A stretch of 62,418 nucleotides of DNA, the filler included, from Barthelona sp. PAP020 (Eukaryota), in NCBI GenBank assembly GCA_040182905.1. It is 6 parts of 6 records of this genome, joined end to end, with 100 filler letters (N's around TTAATTAATTAA, not from the genome) between each part and the next. Parts side by side here need not be neighbours in the genome. Positions count along the whole stretch, not along the records: positions 52,229 to 62,418 come from JARQWU010000408.1; 5 more parts are not named here. The stretch is one strand, 5' to 3'. The notes beneath the pieces were generated by a model. The model was not told where the DNA came from. It ran no database searches and saw only the letters and a list, made by a program, of their open reading frames with translations. Both the position numbers and the translations under genes were made by a program. Shown here piece by piece: positions 55,059-62,418 of this stretch (positions are counted from its first letter, which is position 1; every line of letters starts with the position of its first letter).

Positions 55059-56510
55059 TTAAAAAATATTGATATTTAAAGCATATGCAACACTCACAAA
55101 GAACATGGCAAAAGAAATCAAAATTAATAACCAACTCCAAATTGGATGAGAATACCAACCACTATACTTAGTTTTTAATCCTTTTTTCCCCCAATATTCT
55201 TTACTAATTTTGCGGGCTCTTAAATGAGTGACTGCGGGTAAAATTGTAGCAATGAAAAATCCGGTCATTCCAGTCAATTGAATAATGGCAGACAAATGTC
55301 TGAAAAAGAAAGCCGTCAACAAAGGAAAAACAGCAAAAATAATAATGAAAAATTTAGGTAGCCTTTCATGAAGATCTTTAAATAAAGTACCAACTGTATT
55401 ACCTAAGGTGATTGCATTGATGGGGTAAGCTGATGTTACATTAATAGGAACAAATAATATAACCATTTGAGCAATAAAGGTTAAAAATTTATTGTTTTGA
55501 GCTTGATTCCAAGGGAAAGAACTCCACATTAGAGTGATCAATTGAGATACAGTTGTTCCAAAATAAAAAACACTGGCTAAAGCAAAGAGAATGTAAACAA
55601 TTAATGTTAAAAAAATGGCAGAATTGAATAAACTTCTCAGTTTGTTCTTACTTTCCTTCTTCATTGGATGAATTAATCCAGGAATAGAATGATGAGCTAT
55701 CAAAGAAAAAAAAGCTGTGGGGAAAATTAATCCCGAACCTTGAATATTAAAGGAAGGAATGGCATTAACATGTGAAGCAAAATCTTTTTTGGATAATCTG
55801 CCTAACCAAATTGAAGAAGTGACAAACATAGTGCCTAATACAACAAATCTGAATACACATAAAAGATTTTGTAAAAGTTTTTGATCTGCTAAATTTTTGA
55901 TAGACAAGAAAATAGAAATAACTGCATAAAAACCCAGATAAACCCAGTATGTTTTTTGACATTCAGAAGACCAAGAAATAGAATCAGGATCACATTGGTT
56001 AGGTTCAGTTAAATGCATAAAACCAAAATCTTTCGTCATCGATGTGGCAAATGTTGTTCCGTAAGAAACCAAAGAACCAAATAAATATAAAACTAACATA
56101 AAAACATAAAACACTTTCCATTTTTGTCCTAATATAATACCTAAAATATCTGAAACTTCATACTTTTTAGTTCCAACTTCAAAATTTGGTGTAGTTTGAA
56201 TATTATGTGATGATTCTTGAGCTTGATTCATAAAAGCATCACATCTGCTCATAGATTCAACCAATAAATGAAAAGATATTAACAATAAAATAGCAGTAAA
56301 AACTAAAACTAAAATACTATATTTCCATCCTGCAATAACAAAATTATATGGTAGACTTAAACATCCAACACCTAACATATAATTAATAGTAAAACCTAAT
56401 GCAGTTCCCCAACCATATTCATTTTCAACTTTCTCATTTCTTCTGTTTGGAAGTAGTGGTAATTCTGCAGGATCTGATCCTGTAATTATTTCATCAGATT
56501 TGTTACTCAT
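55059..56510 (-). CDS. Amino-acid transporter-like protein (TMEM104/Aa_trans family)
   Basis: About 11 TMs; GFTINYMLGVGCLSLPY.F..AGW, VESMSR, FSLIAHHSIPGLIHPM, SAYPINAITLGN. ATG at 56510. Confidence 0.8.
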   Translation of the reverse strand: MSNKSDEIITGSDPAELPLLPNRRNEKVENEYGWGTALGFTINYMLGVGCLSLPYNFVIAGWKYSILVLVFTAILLLISFHLLVESMSRCDAFMNQAQESSHNIQTTPNFEVGTKKYEVSDILGIILGQKWKVFYVFMLVLYLFGSLVSYGTTFATSMTKDFGFMHLTEPNQCDPDSISWSSECQKTYWVYLGFYAVISIFLSIKNLADQKLLQNLLCVFRFVVLGTMFVTSSIWLGRLSKKDFASHVNAIPSFNIQGSGLIFPTAFFSLIAHHSIPGLIHPMKKESKNKLRSLFNSAIFLTLIVYILFALASVFYFGTTVSQLITLMWSSFPWNQAQNNKFLTFIAQMVILFVPINVTSAYPINAITLGNTVGTLFKDLHERLPKFFIIIFAVFPLLTAFFFRHLSAIIQLTGMTGFFIATILPAVTHLRARKISKEYWGKKGLKTKYSGWYSHPIWSWLLILISFAMFFVSVAYALNINIF

Positions 56511-56921
56511 ACCGTACAACTTCTGTAATTTGTTGAATGAGTTTGTCAATATTTTTCAATTTGTTTTTTTTTCCCAATATTGTTAATTCTTTTTTTGATT
56601 TTTAACAACAATATGCTCAGAAATGTAAACAAATCTTTTGAAAACTATTTTCAATAAAAAAAATTTTTTTGTGAAAAACAACTTTCACATTCCTTTACAA
56701 TTTTGAACATTTGATTTGATAAATAGTTTCTTTAACAAATGAAAACAAATAGAAAATAAAACAAATTGAATTAGTTTTTAGTGAAAAAAAATATTACTTT
56801 GCTCTGTTTTTGTTAATTCTTGAAATTAGTATGTTCTTAAAAAAAAAAAGAAAATACAAATTTTTATTGTGTAAAAGAAAAAAATTAAACGAAAATGTCA
56901 ACAACCTTGAAAATCTACTAA

Positions 56922-57482
56922 TCATTCAATTTCTTGGAGAAACCTGTTCAATAAAGGTGGCCAACTTTTAATTGTGCGGTTCATTTCAATATCATCACAT
57001 TCTGCTAACACTTCTACAAACAAAAAGGCATCTCTTAAAACTATTGTTGGTGATTCCTTCTTAACAAAATCAATGAATGAATCAAGATAAGACCAATTTT
57101 TAAAAAATTCCCTCCATAAATAAATAGCATCAATTGTGCAAATTTCAATTATTCTTTCTCCATTTGGGATATATTCTCCAAAAAATTCAAATGCAAATCT
57201 GTAAAGATCATGAAATAAATGCTCATTTTCAAAAATATCGAGTTGAATTTTTTTAAGAGAACTAATCATTGAGGGGTAATCATTGACATCTAGAATATCT
57301 ACAGCCAATTCAAATTCTTTTTGATGTATTAAATATCTTTCATGTCTTCTGGGACAATGACAAATTTGAAGAAAATAAAATATTATAGGATGATATAAGG
57401 AAACGTTGAGGTCATCACTAATCTGTCTTAATCCAGGTTCATATATCCAATCTCGATGATAATAATCAAATAACTTCTCCAT
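56922..57482 (-). CDS. DCN1-like cullin-binding (PONY) domain protein, divergent
   Basis: GLRQISDDLNV, FHDLYRFAFEF, AIYLW, W.YLDSFIDFV, SWPPLLNRF. Confidence 0.65.
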   Translation of the reverse strand: MEKLFDYYHRDWIYEPGLRQISDDLNVSLYHPIIFYFLQICHCPRRHERYLIHQKEFELAVDILDVNDYPSMISSLKKIQLDIFENEHLFHDLYRFAFEFFGEYIPNGERIIEICTIDAIYLWREFFKNWSYLDSFIDFVKKESPTIVLRDAFLFVEVLAECDDIEMNRTIKSWPPLLNRFLQEIE

Positions 57483-57731
57483 AAAACAGTTTATGGGATT
57501 GTATTTTAAAAAAACATAAAGTCTGAACCTGCCTTTTTCCTTTTTGCTTTTTTTGAACTAACAAAGAATAAAACAATAATTCATTATGTGTATAAAGATA
57601 ATAACAGAATAAGTAAAAGATACAAAAATAATTAAAAAAAAAAAAATTTACAAAAATACAATTCTAATACAAAAACACATTACATATTAGTTAATATCAA
57701 TCATAAATTCACATTTAAAAATATGGTAATT

Positions 57732-58553
57732 CTAACATTCTAACATGGAAAACATGTAATCACGATTTGGTAAACCATCACCAAAATAAGTGGATAAGAA
57801 GGTGGGAGAGTCACAAACTTGTGCAAATGTATATCCAGGCCAAACAATGTTGCGTAAAACAACTAAATTTTTATCCCTATTACAAAGCCAAATTCCTTTT
57901 GGTTCATCACCAGCAATGCAATCACAAAAGTCAATAGATTTTTCCAAATTAACTTTAGCAAACTCAGCCAAGGTTTTATGATGAATGCAAGATCTATCAT
58001 GATAATATTGGGTCAAATCAGTAGCTTCGTCATATTTAATACCACCAAACATAATATTTTCAGAAGGAATGTTTGTCACCATATTTAATGTTAAATGTCC
58101 ACGAGGAAAAACTGAAGTTTCATGAGAAATGGTACGAACAACAACAGAAAGTCGTTTTAACTCAGAAAAAGAATTGACAGGAATTTCATCTTCAACTTCT
58201 GAATCCTCATTTTCTTTGGTTTCTGAACCATCAGCATATGAATGTGAAGGAATGCCATAAAAAGTTAAATGAATCTTCAATGCCTTCTCAGCATCTTCCT
58301 CTGTAATTTCAGGAAGTAAAGCAAAATCAGTTTCGGCCTGACGGAAATAATATGAACGTTTTCTCTTTTCATCAAAAGCAACTGCTATGTAATAATTACC
58401 AAAAATACCATCAATTCGTCCCCAAAATTGCACAGTTTTAAAATGATTATTCGATTTAAGAACAGATAAAGATAATTGTAAAAATGCCTTTTCTTCTGGA
58501 GAAAGAATGGCACCATGGTCGGCTAAAAGCTCTAACAAGTGAATTTGTTCCAT
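57732..58553 (-). CDS. RSPH9: Radial spoke head protein 9
   Basis: G.ILSPEEKA.LQ.SL, FWGRIDGI..NYYIA, ELKRLS.VV..I..ET.VFPRG, PKGIW, LRNIVWPGYTF, YFGDGL.NRD..F. Confidence 0.92.
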   Translation of the reverse strand: MEQIHLLELLADHGAILSPEEKAFLQLSLSVLKSNNHFKTVQFWGRIDGIFGNYYIAVAFDEKRKRSYYFRQAETDFALLPEITEEDAEKALKIHLTFYGIPSHSYADGSETKENEDSEVEDEIPVNSFSELKRLSVVVRTISHETSVFPRGHLTLNMVTNIPSENIMFGGIKYDEATDLTQYYHDRSCIHHKTLAEFAKVNLEKSIDFCDCIAGDEPKGIWLCNRDKNLVVLRNIVWPGYTFAQVCDSPTFLSTYFGDGLPNRDYMFSMLEC

Positions 58554-58701
58554 AGTGTAATGATTAATTTAAATTTGATGAAGAAATTCAATGGGATGAA
58601 ATTCAAAAAGTGGGTTGAAAAAAAATGAATTTTTTACAAAAAAAAATTTAATTCTTTCCCAATCCTTCCTTATTGAAATACCTTCATTTTCACTCTAAGT
58701 C

Positions 58702-59141
58702 ATGGTATTACTTTTTCATTTCATACACTGACATCTTAGGTTTTTGATAGATTCTTTGAAGTTGGCCGTGTTGCCAAGATTAACTATGGTAACGGTTCCG
58801 ATACTGTTGTTGTTATTTGCGATTTACTCGACGCTAATAAGAGTATTGTTGGTGATGTTAACACCGGAATGAAAACTAAAATCTCAAACTCACGTATTGT
58901 TCTTACTGGTATGAAAATTAACCTTCCTCGTGGTGCTCGTGCTTCTACCGTTAAGAAAGTTTGTGAAGAAGCCGATGTTTTCAATAAATTTAAAGCCTCT
59001 GCTTGGGGAGAAAAAATCAACAAACGCGTTAGTGCCAGTGAAAGAAATGATTTCGATCGTTTTAAATTAATGGTCTTCAAGCAAAGACGTAACCGTCGTA
59101 TCAATGCTGAAGTTAAGGCTTTAAAAGCTAAACGTCAATAA
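58702..59141 (+). CDS. RPL14: 60S ribosomal protein L14 (eL14); 2 exons (58702-58704, 58740-59141)
   Basis: Spliced MVFDRFFEVGRVAKINYG...VVICDLLD...SAW..K...NDFDRFK. Confidence 0.95.
58705..58739 (+). other. 35-nt intron directly after the ATG of RPL14
   Basis: GTATTA...CACTGAC-ATCTTAG. Removal gives the conserved MVF.RF.E.GRV start. Confidence 0.92.
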
Positions 59142-59457
59142 TTTCTTTTCGGTATATGATAAATGAAGGTTTTCATCCTTTTTTTTTAATTGTTTATTTG
59201 TTTTGAGTCAAAATTATTATTTATTATGAGGCAAACATGATGATTTTTGTTTTCTAAATAGAAAATTGCAAAGCACATCTCTCTTCAAAATATAAACAAA
59301 ACTTTCTTTTTTTCTACTTGATTGCTATATTACTGATAACTAAAATAAGTGAAAAGATTTCAAAAAAAAAAAAAGCAAAAATTTATTTACATGCAAAAAA
59401 AAAGAAAATAATAATTCAGGTTGATGAAAAAGAATAATGAAAACACAAGAAGAAAAA

Positions 59458-61932
59458 TCACAACAATAATTCAACTATGTCAGAAAATTGATTATCTCTT
59501 GCCACATCAATTGGCAACAATCCATTCTTTTCTTTTATAAACTTATTTGCATTGTTCGATAACAATAACCGAACAGTTTCAGTATAACCTTTTTGGGAAG
59601 CAACAAAAAGAGGTGTTTGGTGATTGTTGTTCATAGTATTTACATCAACATTTTTCTTTAATAAAATCTTGATAATATCAACATTGCCGTTCATACAAGC
59701 ATGATGCAAACAACTATTACCTGAGTTGCATTTCAAATTACAATCAGCATTGGCATATAACAATAATTGAGCTACAAAAATTTGATTAAATTCACAAGCA
59801 AACAATAATGGTGTTCTTTGAGTGTTGTCTTGAGGATCAACTTCACAATTTTTCATGACCAAATATCTGACAATTTTAGAGTAACCTTTTTCCGATGCTA
59901 TATGAAGAGGAGTTGTACCATCGTAATTTCGAATGTTTATATCAATATCAAACATGTTCAAAAATTCTACAGCTTCAAAGTTACCATCAAAACAAGCAAG
60001 CCATAATGGAGATTTGCCTTCCCAGTCCAAAATATTGAAATTTTTGACGTATTTTTGCAAATTATTTTGTTCAATTGAACGCAACAAACTGTTTGGAATT
60101 TTTTCAGAACTTTCTGTAATTTGAACTTGTATAGCTTTATCCACTTTTACAATCCTCTGAATGTTTTGATTTGTGTTTGGTTTAAACAGCACTTCATTTG
60201 AAAAGTCATTATTTGCTGAAGAATTATCAATTTTAGGTTTTTCTTTGATGCTCTTCATCAATTCATTTGGATTGACTATGGGAAAATCATTGTGAATGTG
60301 ATTATCATCAATACCCTGAATTGATATCTGATTTACATCTGGTTTCGGTAAATTTTTTGAATCTTTTGGACGATAAGGTATTTTAAGGAGTTTGCCTTGG
60401 TTTATTTCTTGTTTTGGCTGTTCAGACACATTTTTTTTTTTCTTATTTCTTTTAATTTTTTTTTCAAAATTTATTGAATCAATTGAATCAAAAGAAGTTG
60501 TTAACACCAAATCTCGTTGCTCATTCTGATCAAATCTAATTCCATACTGTGTACAATGCTTTTGTATTATATTCTGAATGCTCAACCGTCTTTTTTCTTT
60601 TTTCTTTTTTCCAACATGTTTCGTTTTAAGAAGATCAAAAATAGTCATACCTTTTGTATTTCCAGCACAACTTTTTAAAAGAACATCAGAACCATTATTT
60701 AAAAGAAACTCAACAACATCAACATATCCACAATCAACAGCTATGAATAAAGCGAATTGACCAATTGTAAGTGGCTTTTCACACACATAATTGATATCAA
60801 TGCCATAATTCAATAAAAGTTTAATGTTTTTCAAGTTTGCAGTCTTAACAGCATATAACAGACAAACATTTTCTACCACTGCATTATTCTCCAAAAGAAT
60901 TTCAACAATATTGCAATTGGTGCATTTTATAGCAACAATCAATGCAGTTTCAGCAAATTCATTCACAGAACCTGAATTATAACTTACATTAACTAGTGCT
61001 CCATGCTTTATCAATGAAAGAACCATATCTAAAGAATTTTGTCTCACCGCCATGATTAAAGGAGTCCCATGTTTTGAACATTTGTTGGTATCAATATGAA
61101 AATGGCTTAACAAAGCATTAAAGAAGTACATCTTTTTTTTCTCAATGCTCAAAACAAGAGGAGTAAATCCTTCATCATTTTCAGCATTGATATCGTGTTG
61201 AGTGACATTTGTTAGATGCAGTTTGAAGTTTTTTTGATCGTTTTGCTCAATAAAATGATGCAAAGGAAATCTACAAGAGTTTTTTTTTTTTGTTTCAACA
61301 ACTTTTGATTCAGTTTTTCTTGGGACATTTTCTTTTGGTTTCTGCTTTTGTTTTTCTTTTACTTGTTTTCCAATTGGAATCTCATCACTGTCATCTATTA
61401 TCCTAGAGTTCATAAAAGACACAAAAAGCATGATTATTCTGACATTTCCTGCTTCTCGAGCTATCATAAACGGTGATTTTCCATTCTTATCCCTAACATC
61501 AATTTTAGCTCTCGATTCTAATAACACCGTAACAACTGGATGTCTGTTAAATTCAACAGCATAATGTAAAGCTGTTTTACCAGAATCATCTGTTGAATTA
61601 ACATTTGCCCCTTTTTTTACCAAAAACGTTGTCATTGCAGTATTACCACCTCTTGCACTTGCCATTAAAATGCTATATCCTTTATTATCTGTCATATTCA
61701 CATTCGAAGTTTTCATCGCCAACAATCGCATCGCTTCATTATTCTTTCCTGAATAAATTGCAGAAGCAATAGTTTTAAAATCAGTTTTTTGTTTCTTTTT
61801 GTTAGAAGAAATTCCGGAATTATCAGGTCTTTGAACAGCTGACAAAAAATTTGAAAGATTTGATAAATTTCCAACATTTTCACATTTCTGTAAAATTCGA
61901 ATAAATTCTGATAAAGGATCTGGCGAGCTCAT
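59458..61932 (-). CDS. Ankyrin-repeat protein (three ankyrin clusters)
   Basis: GKTALHYAV, GTPLIMAV, GTTPLHIASEKG, RTPLLFAC, QTPLFVASQKG. ATG at 61932. Confidence 0.92.
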   Translation of the reverse strand: MSSPDPLSEFIRILQKCENVGNLSNLSNFLSAVQRPDNSGISSNKKKQKTDFKTIASAIYSGKNNEAMRLLAMKTSNVNMTDNKGYSILMASARGGNTAMTTFLVKKGANVNSTDDSGKTALHYAVEFNRHPVVTVLLESRAKIDVRDKNGKSPFMIAREAGNVRIIMLFVSFMNSRIIDDSDEIPIGKQVKEKQKQKPKENVPRKTESKVVETKKKNSCRFPLHHFIEQNDQKNFKLHLTNVTQHDINAENDEGFTPLVLSIEKKKMYFFNALLSHFHIDTNKCSKHGTPLIMAVRQNSLDMVLSLIKHGALVNVSYNSGSVNEFAETALIVAIKCTNCNIVEILLENNAVVENVCLLYAVKTANLKNIKLLLNYGIDINYVCEKPLTIGQFALFIAVDCGYVDVVEFLLNNGSDVLLKSCAGNTKGMTIFDLLKTKHVGKKKKEKRRLSIQNIIQKHCTQYGIRFDQNEQRDLVLTTSFDSIDSINFEKKIKRNKKKKNVSEQPKQEINQGKLLKIPYRPKDSKNLPKPDVNQISIQGIDDNHIHNDFPIVNPNELMKSIKEKPKIDNSSANNDFSNEVLFKPNTNQNIQRIVKVDKAIQVQITESSEKIPNSLLRSIEQNNLQKYVKNFNILDWEGKSPLWLACFDGNFEAVEFLNMFDIDINIRNYDGTTPLHIASEKGYSKIVRYLVMKNCEVDPQDNTQRTPLLFACEFNQIFVAQLLLYANADCNLKCNSGNSCLHHACMNGNVDIIKILLKKNVDVNTMNNNHQTPLFVASQKGYTETVRLLLSNNANKFIKEKNGLLPIDVARDNQFSDIVELLL

Positions 61933-62070
61933 GAACAAGAACAAAAGAAGCAAAAAAATAAATTCAAGAATTTTTTAACAAATTGATTTTCAAAACAAAT
62001 TTTTTCAAATTGTCAACCATGGTTTTTGTTATGACATTGGTGAAAAGAATATCTAATTCGAAAAAAAATT

Positions 62071-62228
62071 CCATAAAATTTTCTTTAATAAAATATCCTT
62101 TCCAAATTTGAAATCCTCCATAAAAGGCGGGACCGAGGTTTCACTTCGGTCATCCATAAATTGATCACTAAACAAAGATGTTTAGCAAAGGCTCCAGAGA
62201 ATGGTTGCCTTAAGAGTTCAAGACGAAC
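62071..62228 (-). ncRNA. Candidate structured small RNA with Sm-site-like motif (identity unresolved)
   Basis: GC-enriched intergenic segment. Hairpins at 62188-62211 and 62167-62186, then AAUUUAUGG (62162-62154), then a long stem 62149-62102 capped by ...CCCGCCUUUUAUG. Confidence 0.3.
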
Positions 62229-62418
62229 AAAAATATTTTTTCAACAGAAATGAAAAGACAAAGGATCGAGTCTTCAACTTTCACTCGACAAATTCATGAT
62301 GCATTTCACGTTGGGTACAATTCACACGACAATAATAATAAATGTTTATAAAGATCTTTATTGTTCTCGGTTAGAGTTTGGGGGTACTTGCAACTGAGTC
62401 GTTTTGCGTGGATGGTTC

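Noticed and set aside
1148..60760. Numerous short antisense or overlapping ORFs in the track (e.g. 1671-2105, 4812-5327, 17984-18472, 47350-47709, 58784-59104) and AT-rich intergenic ORFs (9720-10001, 12344-12541)
   Set aside because: They are shadows of real genes or low-complexity F/I/L/K-rich frames without motifs.
62093..62224. Plus-strand AT-AC U12-type intron (ATATCCTTT ... TTGCCTTAAG ... AC)
   Set aside because: ATATCCTTT also occurs antisense within DRC7 and the ankyrin gene, so it is expected by chance. The branch site is non-consensus and the spliced ORF is short and featureless.
62255..62300. SECIS-like pattern (AUGA-12 nt-AAA) on the minus strand
   Set aside because: There is no matching 3' GA for the quartet at the right position, and no selenoprotein ORF is visible.
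1..62418. CRISPR arrays, rRNA, tRNA genes or prokaryotic operons
   Set aside because: No repeat-spacer arrays, rRNA signatures or cloverleafs were recognised by eye. Gene content is eukaryotic.

Overview
AT-rich, gene-dense DNA from a flagellated microbial eukaryote. It uses the standard genetic code: TAA, TAG and TGA each end conserved genes at their expected C-termini. The window is not one locus. It is six unrelated contigs of about 10.2-10.4 kb joined by artificial N44-TTAATTAATTAA-N44 spacers, so adjacency across spacers has no meaning. About 30 protein genes are recognisable: NVL/Rix7, a kinesin-3-like motor with a CAAX tail, nucleoplasmin-FKBP, nicotinamidase, Sec13-like, CCDC87-like, CENP-C-like cupin protein, RPF1, TFIIIC-Tfc1, HDHD5-like, DRC7, BBS9, RSPH9, RPS13, RPL21, RPL14, eIF3e-like, TBC GAP, Arp5, TMEM104-like, DCN1-like, and LRR, WD40, ankyrin and Cys-rich surface proteins. 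The ORF track misses five N-termini because of tiny (35-42 nt) 5'-proximal introns. These introns have degenerate donors and a CTRAY branch motif 6-8 nt from the intron 3' end. The most notable signals are: (1) a bacterial OpgB/MdoB-type phosphoglycerol transferase among ordinary eukaryotic genes; (2) a structured ~400-bp dispersed repeat (3 copies) with asymmetric inverted repeats, one copy LTR-like with a Met-tRNA PBS-like motif, bracketing an island of a WD40 paralogue, a kinase-HECT pseudogene and a hAT remnant; (3) an unannotated multi-hairpin candidate small RNA with an Sm-like site near the window end; (4) a CENP-C-like protein with a degenerate CENP-C motif. A metamonad-like affinity is only an inference from intron architecture.
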